A program made the translations under genes and the position numbers. A stretch of DNA of 64,000 bases from an uncultured Pirellulales bacterium (GTDB lineage: Bacteria; Planctomycetota; Phycisphaerae; Sedimentisphaerales; SM23-30). Positions 1 through 10,194 of the stretch are shown piece by piece (position 1 is the stretch's first letter; each line of letters starts with the position of its first letter). The notes beneath the pieces are model-generated. The model worked only from the letters and a program-made list of their open reading frames with translations. It was not told the DNA's origin and did no database searches. The stretch is taken from the NCBI GenBank assembly GCA_964537505.1, contig CAZICK010000003.1, positions 13,321 through 77,320 of the forward strand, read 5' to 3'.

Positions 1-647
1 CAACCATGCTGGCGTTTATAACGACCGACATCAATATCAACTCAACTCTTTTGCAGCGGGCGATCAAACAGGCTGTAAACGTGACCTTCAATAAGGTCTC
101 GATCGACAATCACACGAGCACCAGTGACACTGCTATCGTGTTGGCGTCGGGATTGGCCGGCAACAAAAGTATCACCCGCGGTGGCGCCGAATATGAGCGG
201 TTCGCCGAGGCGCTGTATATGGTCTGTGACGATCTGGCCCGGCAAATAGCCGCCGATGGTGAGGGCGCCACCTGCGGAGTTACCGTTACAGTTACCGGCG
301 CCGCCACGGGCCGTGATGGCGCCAAGGCGCTGCGAGCCATTGTCGATAGCCCACTGGTCCGCACCGCCTTTAACGGAGCCGACCCCAATTGGGGACGCAT
401 CATCAGCGCGGTCGGCTACAGCGGCGCAAAATTCGACCCCAACAAGCTTGCCTGCAGGATCGCCGGGACAACTGTTTACCGTAAAGGGCGACCCAGCCGC
501 TTCGATGCCGGCAAGTTGACGCATAAAATGAAAGCCAAAAATTGGCAGGTAAATGTGGATCTGGGCGTGGGAACGTTCAGTGATTTTTGCTATACCTGCG
601 ATCTGTCACGTGAATACGTCACTATCAACGCTGATTACCACACCTAA
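1..647 (+). CDS. argJ: Bifunctional ornithine acetyltransferase/N-acetylglutamate synthase, 5'-truncated by the window edge
   Basis: Window opens at the (A)TMLAF autocleavage motif (Thr codon at 3-5). GADPNWGRI and the C-terminal TCDLSxEYVxINADY match ArgJ. Confidence 0.95.
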   Translation, partial: TMLAFITTDININSTLLQRAIKQAVNVTFNKVSIDNHTSTSDTAIVLASGLAGNKSITRGGAEYERFAEALYMVCDDLARQIAADGEGATCGVTVTVTGAATGRDGAKALRAIVDSPLVRTAFNGADPNWGRIISAVGYSGAKFDPNKLACRIAGTTVYRKGRPSRFDAGKLTHKMKAKNWQVNVDLGVGTFSDFCYTCDLSREYVTINADYHT

Positions 648-811
648 AGCGATTGTCCCCCGCAAATCGCCTGGATAATAATCAACTACCGGCAGAGCAA
701 CGGGGCGATTTCTACCAAAGCCAAGTCTGATAACGCTGTAAGTGGCAAATAATCCTGCGTTTTTGACCGGTAAGCTCAGCTATTTCCTAACCAATTTATC
801 AGGATTTCCCT

Positions 812-839
812 TAAATTCTAGGGCCAACCAAGCCGATTA
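812..839 (+). promoter_or_regulatory. Possible sigma28/FliA-type promoter
   Basis: TAAA-N16-GCCGATTA versus consensus TAAA-N15-GCCGATAA, upstream of a c-di-GMP gene. Confidence 0.35.
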
Positions 840-941
840 TAGCACTTTAAGAGGGGGGCAGGCTTTTGGATAACAGGTGGTCTTGTAGTAGGGAGATCAC
901 CAAATTTAAATTCCATGGTAGGACAGTGGAGGCTTATTTTA

Positions 942-2522
942 ATGCCAAGTGATGTTTTGATGGGGCAGCAATCGCCGGTAGATGATAAAAAATTAGATCA
1001 ACTCTTGTCCGAGGCTGATGTACCCACTTTACCAATGGTGGCGCAGAAGCTGGTGGAGCTTTGCAGGGACGAAAATGCCAATTTTGCTGATTTTGCCCGT
1101 GTGATAGAGGCTGATCCGGGATTGGCCTCCCGTCTGTTGCGTGTGGCTAACTCGGCCTATTACGGCCTGCGTCACAAGGCTTCGACCCTGGAACGAGCCA
1201 TCACCGCACTGGGATTGAAATACGTCAAGTCGGTTTCACTGGGTTTTCATTTGGCTACCGCCTTGAACAATTTCGGTACGTCGGGCTTTAACATGTCGGA
1301 CTTTTGGCGTCATAGTGTTCTGCGAGCTGTTTTGGCGCGGCAGTTGGCCAATCATTACTGTTCCGCGCGATGCCAGGAGGCGTTTCTGATCGGACTGCTG
1401 CAAGATTGCGGCATACCTTTTTTGGTGCAGGCGCTCGGCCAGGAATATGCCAAGTTGTGGCATAACACAAACAACAATTCTCAGGCTTCCCTGTATCTCC
1501 TCGAACATGAATTATTCCCGTTCGATCATCTCGCCGCTGCCGGAATAATTACCCAACAGTGGGGGCTGCCGAAGTTGCTGGCCCATCCCATCTGCGTCCA
1601 CCATTGTCGTAGTGAGGCCCAGCCCAGTACGGATGAGGAGGTTCAATTGTCCCAGATCGCCTATTTTGTCGGCACACTCTCGCTGAACGGTCCTGAGTCG
1701 CTCAGCGAAGAAGACATAACATTGCTGGACTATGCCCACACTACATTTGGACTTAGCGGTAAAGATCTGAATAAGATATTGGAGAAAACCAGTCATGAAT
1801 TTTCCGGTGTTTCAAAGCTTTTTGGCAACATCCTTCCTGACCAGGTTGATATCGCCAAGTTGCTCAGCCAAACCAATAACCTGCTCAGCGGTCTGGCCAA
1901 CGACGCCAACCGCAAGATTTTTGATTTTGAATCAGAGATGAAGGAGTTCAAAAGCTATTGTGATAGTTTGACTAATTCGGTCGCTCATTATCGTCAACAG
2001 GCTCAGACCGATCCGCTCACCGGTCTGGCTACCCGCGACGTACTGACTGGGAACCTGGAGGAAGCTTGTCAGAGCCTGCGATCGGGGCAGGCTTCGCTGG
2101 CAGTATTATTTATCGATATCGACAACTTCAAAGAAGTTAACGATCTATACGGCCACTCTGCCGGTGATCGGTTACTCAAGGAATTCGCCCGGATGCTGCA
2201 AGAGCGATTTGGCAATACAGGTTGTGTAGCTCGTTATGGCGGCGATGAATTTGTGGTGGGCTTGAGTGGAGTGCAGCTGGATCAGGCCGTTCTCCTGACA
2301 AAGAATTTACTCGAGAAAATTCACAACTTCCCTTTGTCGAACGTTTCGCAGATTCCCCCCGATGGTGCGGTTCTTTCCTGCAGTATCGGTATGGTTTTTT
2401 ACGAAGCCGGGGCTTCTCCCGCCGGGGCGGCGGGAATTCTCGAACTGGCCGATCACCAGATGTATCTGGTCAAAGATAACGGCAAAAACAACCTGAGCTA
2501 TCAGGTCATCAATTCGCTATAA
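942..2522 (+). CDS. HDOD-domain diguanylate cyclase (HDOD + GGDEF)
   Basis: N-terminal LPTLP...DPGLASRLLRVANSAYYG (HDOD). C-terminal DPLTGL, FIDIDNFKEVNDLYGHSAGD and RYGGDEF. GGAGG RBS before ATG 942. Confidence 0.92.
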   Translation: MPSDVLMGQQSPVDDKKLDQLLSEADVPTLPMVAQKLVELCRDENANFADFARVIEADPGLASRLLRVANSAYYGLRHKASTLERAITALGLKYVKSVSLGFHLATALNNFGTSGFNMSDFWRHSVLRAVLARQLANHYCSARCQEAFLIGLLQDCGIPFLVQALGQEYAKLWHNTNNNSQASLYLLEHELFPFDHLAAAGIITQQWGLPKLLAHPICVHHCRSEAQPSTDEEVQLSQIAYFVGTLSLNGPESLSEEDITLLDYAHTTFGLSGKDLNKILEKTSHEFSGVSKLFGNILPDQVDIAKLLSQTNNLLSGLANDANRKIFDFESEMKEFKSYCDSLTNSVAHYRQQAQTDPLTGLATRDVLTGNLEEACQSLRSGQASLAVLFIDIDNFKEVNDLYGHSAGDRLLKEFARMLQERFGNTGCVARYGGDEFVVGLSGVQLDQAVLLTKNLLEKIHNFPLSNVSQIPPDGAVLSCSIGMVFYEAGASPAGAAGILELADHQMYLVKDNGKNNLSYQVINSL

Positions 2523-2707
2523 AGCATTCCAAATATCAGGATTGCCCGGGCCTAATCACGCCTAATCCGGCCCTGTCTCTAATCCTGCCTGTTATCAGCA
2601 GAAGATCGTCTGTTTGGGAAAAGGCGGCATCTCGTCGGATCCTTCCAATTTGATACTTGAAACCCGCGGCCTTAAGCTCTAAAATCAAGAGCAAATTAAA
2701 CCCTGGG

Positions 2708-2730
2708 ACGGATGAACGGATGAACGGATA
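2708..2730. repeat. Short tandem repeat (ACGGATGA) x~3
   Basis: acggatga-acggatga-acggata directly before the xseA start. Confidence 0.8.
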
Positions 2731-2735
2731 AAACA

Positions 2736-4391
2736 ATGATTCAAGGTGAGCTTCCATTTTTCAATTTTGACGACAAACAAAAAGGGTTTTCACGACAACC
2801 GGACTTCTTCGATCCGAAAAAGTCGGACAGCGTTGCCCAACCCTCTGCAGCCAGCCCACAAGAATCTGACAAAAAAGCAACGGCAAACTCACTACCCGAT
2901 GTTTATTCGGTCACACAGCTTACACGCATGATCAGGCTGGCACTTAATGAGCATCTGCCGGCCAAAATTGTTCTGGCCGGTGAAATCTCCAACTGTAAAT
3001 TTCACGGCAGCGGTCATCTCTACCTCAGTCTGAAGGACGAAAACACGTACATCTCAGCGGTTATGTGGAAAAACGCTGCCGGCCGGCTCAAATTTCGCCC
3101 AGCCGACGGCATGGCTGTTGTTGCCACCGGCCGGGTCGATCTCTATGAACCGCAGGGTAAATATCAGTTTTATATCGACAAACTGGAACCGTCCGGGACC
3201 GGCGTTTTGGAGCTGGCATTTCGCCAGTTGGCCGAAAAACTGCGAAAAGAAGGCCTGTTCGATGATAGTCATAAAAAACCGCTGCCGAAATACCCATCCA
3301 CTATTGCTATCGTTACCAGTTCCACCGGCGCCGCCATCGAAGATATTGCCAAGACCCTCAACAGACGTTTCCCCGGCGTGAGAAAATTACTTTATCCGGT
3401 TGCTGTTCAGGGTTCGGGCGCCGCAGCGGAGATCGCCGGGGCCATCGCCGAGTTGAACCGGCGTCGCGGCGAGTTCGGCGGCATCGACCTGATGATCGTA
3501 GGTCGAGGCGGTGGTAGTATCGAAGACCTATGGGCCTTTAATGAAGATATTGTTGCACGCGCCATCTTCGCCTGCGAAATTCCTGTTATCAGCGCCGTCG
3601 GCCACGAAATCGATCTTACCATCGCCGATCTGGTCGCCGACTGTCGGGCCGCCACTCCCACGGCCGCGGCCGAGTTGGCCGTGCCGGACAGAACCGAGAT
3701 ACTGCAAAGTATCCGGCAACTCCAACAGCGGCTTTACCACAGCACCCGAGGTCGCTGGGAATCGGCCCAGGCGACCTGGCAAAACCTCTCAGACCGCCCC
3801 TTGTTTGCCCGACCGCTGGATATCCTGCGTATCAGCCGCCAGTTACTCGACGAAAAAACCGCTATCCTCTCACGGCATCTCAGCGAGTTGTTCCGTCGCA
3901 CAGGGCGCATCATCGAAAGCCACGCCGCCGCCTTACGAGTAATCGAGCCGCATATCACCCTGGCCCGCGGTCAGAAACGCCTGGCCGAACTGGAGCACCG
4001 ACTACAGTCGGCGTCCGGTAGCTATTATAAAGCCCGCAAAAATCAATTAGCCATCACCTGTTCGCACCTGCTCGGGACCAGGCCGTTATATCGCGTCCGT
4101 CAGCAGCGGAGCACCGTTGAGCATTTGACCGGCCGAATAGATACCGCCCGGCAGTCGTTCTGGCGGCAATTACATCAGCAGCTAAACGCTTACACCGGGC
4201 GTCTGGAAAACCTCAATCCCCGCGGTGTTCTGCAGCGCGGCTACAGCATCACCCGCCTGAAAAACACCATGGAAATCGTCGGCGGAAAAACTAAAATAGA
4301 ACCGGGCGATCTGTTAATCACCGAATTAGCCGGCAAAACGAATATTGAAAGTAAAGTGACATTATCTGTCAAAAGGGAGCAAAAAAAATGA
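2736..4391 (+). CDS. xseA: Exodeoxyribonuclease VII large subunit
   Basis: GEISN...SGHLYLSLKD OB fold, RGGGSIEDLWAFN, SAVGHEID, ATPTAAAE and the C-terminal LNPRGVLQRGYSI. Confidence 0.96.
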   Translation: MIQGELPFFNFDDKQKGFSRQPDFFDPKKSDSVAQPSAASPQESDKKATANSLPDVYSVTQLTRMIRLALNEHLPAKIVLAGEISNCKFHGSGHLYLSLKDENTYISAVMWKNAAGRLKFRPADGMAVVATGRVDLYEPQGKYQFYIDKLEPSGTGVLELAFRQLAEKLRKEGLFDDSHKKPLPKYPSTIAIVTSSTGAAIEDIAKTLNRRFPGVRKLLYPVAVQGSGAAAEIAGAIAELNRRRGEFGGIDLMIVGRGGGSIEDLWAFNEDIVARAIFACEIPVISAVGHEIDLTIADLVADCRAATPTAAAELAVPDRTEILQSIRQLQQRLYHSTRGRWESAQATWQNLSDRPLFARPLDILRISRQLLDEKTAILSRHLSELFRRTGRIIESHAAALRVIEPHITLARGQKRLAELEHRLQSASGSYYKARKNQLAITCSHLLGTRPLYRVRQQRSTVEHLTGRIDTARQSFWRQLHQQLNAYTGRLENLNPRGVLQRGYSITRLKNTMEIVGGKTKIEPGDLLITELAGKTNIESKVTLSVKREQKK

Positions 4392-4624
4392 CTCAATCGG
4401 AACCTGAAAAACAAACGTTCGAACAGACTTTAGCCCAATTAGAAAAGATCGTCACCGATGTCGAACAGGGTAAGATCCCCCTGGAAGATTGCATCGACAA
4501 ATACGAGCAGGGCATGAAACTCATCGCCCACTGCCGGGACATCCTCGAACAGGCTGAGAAACGCATCGAAACCATTACCCGAGAGGCACAGAACACATCA
4601 CAAGGCAGTGCCGGCGACTCGTAA
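4388..4624 (+). CDS. xseB: Exodeoxyribonuclease VII small subunit
   Basis: TFEQTLAQLEKIV...LEDCIDKYEQGMKL...LEQAEKRI; overlaps the xseA stop (ATGA). Confidence 0.95.
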   Translation: MTQSEPEKQTFEQTLAQLEKIVTDVEQGKIPLEDCIDKYEQGMKLIAHCRDILEQAEKRIETITREAQNTSQGSAGDS

Positions 4625-4659
4625 ACAATTTGCGACCGGGCAATCGCAAGCGGCGGTGG

Positions 4660-7600
4660 CTATTCGCCCGTGTACTTGCCCTGTTTTTGCCTTTCCTTTT
4701 TCTCGTCGGGTCGGTTTCGCAAAATGCTTTTGATCATTTCCTCGGCCTCCTGGGCCTCTATACTCTCGGGCCATCTTTCCATAATCGTATCACACGAACG
4801 CAATGCCCCGATTGGAGTGAGTCTTTTTTGCACATAGGCCTGCTGCAACATCTGTTTGGCCTGATATACGCTTTCCCTTTCGTGCGTTTTGACCGGATCC
4901 TTTTTTGGAGATTGTGGTAATTCGCCCAGTTGCTGATATCCGGTGGCCGCGGACTTATCGAGGCCGGTATCGCAGGCCAGTTGTACATACTCGAACCAGA
5001 AAAATCTCCGGTTGAGGTATTCATCCGATTCCGACAAACGCGTTACCGTATCTGTGATGTTGCGAATCGGTCGAAGATGATAATCCACTTGCTCCCCGGA
5101 CAACTTCACCGCCATACGCGGCTGAATGAAATCCTTGAGTTCGTTATCCGTTATCTTTACAAAATCCGTACCGAAACGGACCGGGCCATACAAAAAGGAT
5201 TCGCTTCCGGTAGCCAGCCATAACATGGCAATCGCATTGGCCGAACGAACCAGATAATCAAGCGATTCAGGTTTGTTTTGGGCGGCTGCGTTCCGCTGGT
5301 AATACGCCGCTTCAAACAGCGACAGACGAGCCAACCCATATTGTTTGGTCTCAACCTTATACAAAACCTCGTTCCATAATTGACTGAACTCCTCCGACGG
5401 TTTTGCCAATGAATCGAGATGGCCGATTTCCCCCTCCGAAATCTCCAGGGGCTTCCAACTGAATATCATGCTTTCGAACTCATTGTCCGGACTTCGCATC
5501 AGCAGAGTTGGATGCTGCGTCAGGAGCCACTGCTTTGCCTTGAGGTATTCGGTAATCGAGGGTTTGCCCTGGTAAAATTTGGTCAGCCGCTTATCGATCT
5601 GGTCGATCCCGTCAGCACTCTCGAAATCCGTCAGATTGAACTTGATGTTCGTATCGACAGGGTCCGAACTCTTTTGCGACGGTTGTTCCATCGTTTTTAT
5701 GCCTTTGATGAGTCTTGCCATAAAACTTTGAGATTGTTCCTTAGCCGTATCTTCGGTGGGAGGGATATTCGCCAGCAGTTGCGTTACCACCGCCTGCTTC
5801 TGCAGAAACCCATCCGAGACAATATAACCATAACTGACCGCGAATCGCTCAAATTCCTCCAGCAGTGGCTTTACCGCCAGTTTCCATGAGGCCTTGACCC
5901 CCCATTGCATTTCATTGGCCTGGTCCGAACGGCCCATTTTTTCGAGAATCTTCGCAAACTCAATCTTGATCTGGAGTTTGTTAACCGCATTCTGAATGGC
6001 CGATTCCATCTCGCTGATCATCGCCTTGATCTGACTGGAGCTTGGCACCCCGGTAGGAATGCTGGTGAAAACAAAATCCAGAGGCGGCATCTCACGATAT
6101 AACGTTGCCGCCAGGTGCAAATTTCCTTTAGCGTCCGCTTGCTGCGCCTTTTGCCGCATGATTTCCGGTTGCCATTGACTCGAAATACCGATAAAAGGAC
6201 TGGGAACCGTCTGATCACTGGGAACAAGAAAATCACTCTGCTGACCGGCTTTCAAACTGTCCAGTTGGCTGTCGTCATAAAACTGAGAAACAATCTCACC
6301 ATTTTCATCAAGAAAAATCAAAGATGATGGTTCGTTAGCGGTTTCACCGCCAATGACACTTCTGCTCATGGGACCTCCCATAGGCATACCGGGTCTTCCC
6401 ATAGGCATCATTGCATTGCGCATCGCGGACGGCATCGCGCCGGGCAAACCACGGGTCCCCCATGGATTTCCGCCGGAACTGTCAAGATTCTGCCAAATAA
6501 ACAGCCGACCGCGCGGGTCAAATCCGTATGGAGTAGATACAAAAAATTCTTTTGCGTTTTCGATATGAAGTTTATGGTCCCAAAGCGTTTGCTGCCAGTT
6601 CTGACCTTGGCTGCGGTCCATGGTGATCGCGGTCTTTCCCAAAAACACCGCGTCAAAAAGTAGCTCATCAACGGTTTTACCACGGCGGCCGTTCTCCTCA
6701 ATGTCACTAATCAGCTCGCTAATAGCATCCGATTGGGTGTCGCAGGCCCACTTGAGCATTCGCTTGGCGATGTCGAGATCGTCGTCATAGCGAGAAAACG
6801 ACACGGGTCTGATTAGTCGCCCCTTGTACGGTTTGCCCGGTTGGAAACTAGGCGTGTGAAGCTCCAGCATATCGGAATCCGTAAAATAAATCTTCTGCCC
6901 CTTATCGCTGATCAAATATCTTTCACCTTGATCGTCACGGTAAAAATTTATCTCAACTGAACCTTTTTCCTTTTCCAACACACAAAACAAAGGAACCATG
7001 TCAAATTTACTGGCATACTCTCTTGATTGCGATTGCTGCTGGGTCAACTGTCCCTGCAGAGACTTCAGGGTACTCAGTTGCGCGTATGAAAAGACCAGAT
7101 ACTTTCCTTCCTCGTTCGCCCCAAGGGCCATCGTTTTCTGACGCCGCCAGGCAGACTTGAAGGTAGTCACAGGGCTTACATGTATCGGAATCGTCAGCAG
7201 ATGTTCGACAAAAACCGGACTCGAATCATAAATAGTCAGCGTATATTCGCCGATCTGACCCAAATCGCCGTTGGCAATGGGCTGCCTGTCCCTAAGCAGA
7301 TTATAAAGATTGCGAAGCCCGCTAGCCGGTTGCTGATCATCCTGCCCACCGAGGCCGGTTGACGATTGTCTGGAGTTGCTATTATATTGTCGAGGAAAAC
7401 CAGAATTGGCTCTTGCCCCAGTCAAACCACCTTCCTGGGTAAAGTATTTTTCGATTTCTTCTTCTTTACCGCTCCAGCGAAACAGATAAAGATCGGAGGC
7501 CTGCCATGGTCCTTGTTTGTTGGGCTTGTCGAGAAATCTCCATTGCGACCTGCCCGACGCCTGCATTTGCTGCCAAAGATGGCCTTTTATATAGGCATAG

Positions 7601-8808
7601 GTATAGCCGCTACGGTCCGTCATCAGAAAATACTCGCTGTTGAAAAATTCCTTGCAACGGGCCACCTCGTCAAATACAGGATCCCGACTGATCCCCAACG
7701 AATAAGATATAATGCTCAAAAGAAACCGACTTATTGATTCCGGCACACCCGATTTCGACTGAGGCCAGCCAGCCGGAGCCGCCGTCCGACGAGCGTCAGG
7801 ATACATCCCAGGTGGCATCCCTGGATACATTCCAGGTGGCATTCCAGGTATAAAGTTCGGCCTCACCGATCCCGGTTGGACGGCGGCCGTCTGGTCCTCA
7901 CGACCGAGGTCTGCATCGAGACTTTGCTGGATCGGCAGCAGCCGACGGTTGCGCTCGATAATGGACGGTCGTGACTCCAAACGCAAAAACTCCTCGTCCT
8001 GATTGGCATCTATCATCCATGCCCGAACAACATCCGCCTCAATCTGCATCGGATCACTGTCAATGACCATATCGAGTATTTGCTTCATTTGCTCTCGTGG
8101 AAGCACCGACTGATCGTCGATGACCACCGCCGAGAGCGATGCCTGCACCAACGCCATACCAAGATCACCGTTCACCAGTTCGTCCCCGCGTCGCTGCTCC
8201 CAGCGAGGCCCGATAAGGTCCACCGCTTCCTTGTATTTGCCCTGACGAATCAGAATCTGGCAATTGGTCAGGTATTTCTCATCGTCAACCCATTCCTGTG
8301 GAACGTTCGAGTCGCCCACCTTGGTCTTTTTTATTATCCCGCGGCGATGGTGCAGCATACCACCCAGTTTCGCGTAATTGTCTTGTTTTTTCGCCTGCCA
8401 GGCCTCCTGGAAAAGTGTAGCCAAATTCCGCGGAAAATCAGGAACGACAAATTTAGGCACTGCCGGTTTGCTTTCAACATCGCCCGGACGTTGAATTGAA
8501 GGAGGTACCCATGGGGGCCTGTCCATGTTTTGATAGGGCGACCGCGGGCCACCTGGTCCCTGCTGCAGATATGTCGGATCTACCGGCGCCACTCCGCCCA
8601 AGCCTACTCCCGGGCCGATAAGCGGTCCGCGGTCCGGCCTACCACCCGAACGATTGCCGGAGGACGTATTGGGGTCCGACCCAGATTGACCTGCCAATTC
8701 ACCGGAGCCTGCCGACAAAACCGCAAAAATCACGCACCCCAGAAACGCTAAGACCTTACCGCTTGGGCAAAAACCAACACCTCGGCCATTTTCCACAAAG
8801 TAACTCAT
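4660..8808 (-). CDS. Large hypothetical secreted protein with Pro/Gly/Met-rich low-complexity linkers
   Basis: 1382-aa ORF with a hydrophobic N-terminal signal-like segment and PGMPPGMYPGMPPGMYP and GMPMGGPM tracts. No family recognised. Confidence 0.75.
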   Translation of the reverse strand: MSYFVENGRGVGFCPSGKVLAFLGCVIFAVLSAGSGELAGQSGSDPNTSSGNRSGGRPDRGPLIGPGVGLGGVAPVDPTYLQQGPGGPRSPYQNMDRPPWVPPSIQRPGDVESKPAVPKFVVPDFPRNLATLFQEAWQAKKQDNYAKLGGMLHHRRGIIKKTKVGDSNVPQEWVDDEKYLTNCQILIRQGKYKEAVDLIGPRWEQRRGDELVNGDLGMALVQASLSAVVIDDQSVLPREQMKQILDMVIDSDPMQIEADVVRAWMIDANQDEEFLRLESRPSIIERNRRLLPIQQSLDADLGREDQTAAVQPGSVRPNFIPGMPPGMYPGMPPGMYPDARRTAAPAGWPQSKSGVPESISRFLLSIISYSLGISRDPVFDEVARCKEFFNSEYFLMTDRSGYTYAYIKGHLWQQMQASGRSQWRFLDKPNKQGPWQASDLYLFRWSGKEEEIEKYFTQEGGLTGARANSGFPRQYNSNSRQSSTGLGGQDDQQPASGLRNLYNLLRDRQPIANGDLGQIGEYTLTIYDSSPVFVEHLLTIPIHVSPVTTFKSAWRRQKTMALGANEEGKYLVFSYAQLSTLKSLQGQLTQQQSQSREYASKFDMVPLFCVLEKEKGSVEINFYRDDQGERYLISDKGQKIYFTDSDMLELHTPSFQPGKPYKGRLIRPVSFSRYDDDLDIAKRMLKWACDTQSDAISELISDIEENGRRGKTVDELLFDAVFLGKTAITMDRSQGQNWQQTLWDHKLHIENAKEFFVSTPYGFDPRGRLFIWQNLDSSGGNPWGTRGLPGAMPSAMRNAMMPMGRPGMPMGGPMSRSVIGGETANEPSSLIFLDENGEIVSQFYDDSQLDSLKAGQQSDFLVPSDQTVPSPFIGISSQWQPEIMRQKAQQADAKGNLHLAATLYREMPPLDFVFTSIPTGVPSSSQIKAMISEMESAIQNAVNKLQIKIEFAKILEKMGRSDQANEMQWGVKASWKLAVKPLLEEFERFAVSYGYIVSDGFLQKQAVVTQLLANIPPTEDTAKEQSQSFMARLIKGIKTMEQPSQKSSDPVDTNIKFNLTDFESADGIDQIDKRLTKFYQGKPSITEYLKAKQWLLTQHPTLLMRSPDNEFESMIFSWKPLEISEGEIGHLDSLAKPSEEFSQLWNEVLYKVETKQYGLARLSLFEAAYYQRNAAAQNKPESLDYLVRSANAIAMLWLATGSESFLYGPVRFGTDFVKITDNELKDFIQPRMAVKLSGEQVDYHLRPIRNITDTVTRLSESDEYLNRRFFWFEYVQLACDTGLDKSAATGYQQLGELPQSPKKDPVKTHERESVYQAKQMLQQAYVQKRLTPIGALRSCDTIMERWPESIEAQEAEEMIKSILRNRPDEKKERQKQGKYTGE

Positions 8809-9066
8809 GGCTTATTCTCCTGGCATGTAGCTTACGCTTGCATTTTCCCCCTATTTCAATTTAGTTCATCACAATTATTATACCAATACCGACCGTTTTT
8901 GCAATGAATAATATAACCCCCCAAGAGGATTTATCTAATTCCCTGTGGAACCACAAACGAGCATAACCCCATCAAAATCAAGCACTTACAAGATTTTGCT
9001 ACCCCCAAATCCAACGAAATCTCACCGCCCAGATTGCCGGCTCAATTGTTTTATTTACTCAAACTG

Positions 9067-9816
9067 ACTCTCAATAATCTGTTGGATGCTGAGGCTGATC
9101 AGTTGTGTCAGGCTCAGCGTTATGAGCGAACCGGCGTACGCACAGACACTCGTGCCGGTCATTATCAGCGTAAACTGCACACCAGGGCCGGCGAGGTAAA
9201 CTTGAAGATGCCCAAGAGGACAAGGCCCAGTTGGGGTGCTTTTTTGAGTGATTTGAAGAAGCGAGGTCTCAAAGGAGTGCGTTTGTTTGTTTCGGACAAG
9301 TGCCTTGGATTGGTGGAATCTTTGGCTGAATTTTATCCTGACTGTGATTGGCAGCGTTGCACGGGGCATTGGTATCGTAATGTCTTTAGCCATGTTCCTA
9401 AACAAAAAGTCAGAGAGGTCGCAGCGATGCTCAAGGCTATCCATGCCCAGGAAGACAAACAGGCGGCCACAGAGAAGGCTCACACTGTCATCAAGAAGCT
9501 CAAAGAGATGAAATTGTCGAAAGCCGCCCAGATCGTTGCTGAGGGTTTTGAGGAGACTTTCAGTTATTATTCTTATCCTGATAAGCACTGGCGGCAGTTA
9601 CGAACCAACAATCCTCTTGAGCGAATTATGCGTGAGATCAGACGTAGAACGCAGGTGGTTGGCAGTTTCCCGGATGGTCATTCAGCGTTGATGTTAGCTA
9701 CAGCTCGACTGAGGTACATTGCTGGTACCAAGTGGAGTAATCGTCGCTATATGGACATGGATCACCTTTATGCTCTTGAAAGAGATCGGCCCATCAAGGA
9801 AAAAAGCACCGCGTAA
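9067..9816 (+). pseudogene. IS256-family transposase relic, 5'-truncated and internally deleted
   Basis: TLNNLLDAEADQLCQAQRYER...AGEVNLKMPK is joined directly to SWGAFLSDLKKRGL...QRCTGHW...RTNNPLERIMREIRRRT. The central part with the first catalytic Asp is missing. Confidence 0.9.
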
Positions 9817-9830
9817 GCCCGATAACTCGC

Positions 9831-9846
9831 GGCCCCCTAGGGGGCC
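9831..9846. repeat. Perfect 16-bp palindrome in the IS 3' region
   Basis: GGCCCCCTAGGGGGCC. Confidence 0.8.
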
Positions 9847-9888
9847 AAGGTATGGAAGAAAAGACCAGATGAAAGACTACCAGAAAAA

Positions 9889-9915
9889 AATGTGCGAAAG
9901 ATTCTTGACACTACC
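9889..9915. mobile_element. Probable right terminal inverted repeat of the IS256 relic
   Basis: ...AATGTGCGAAAGATTCTTGACACTACC about 75-100 bp after the transposase stop resembles IS256-family ends from memory. No left partner seen. Confidence 0.55.
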
Positions 9916-10194
9916 CCACCACCACGGCCAGCCAAAACCCGCACAGCCACAACCTTTTGTGGTTAATGAAGTTACGCAACACCATGGCGAACATTTTTGT
10001 TGCTGGCAGCGACTATTTCAGGCTAAAAAAAGGAAGACCCTACCGTGGCGAGAGGATCTTCCATACTTGCCCGCAAACACCACTTATTCTTCAAGTGCCA
10101 AAGTGGTTTTGCCGTTTTTGTCGAACTACTCATTCGACCAAGGTTCGTCGGCTTTGATATTGATAAAACTTTCCACCGACAAACCTGTCATAGT

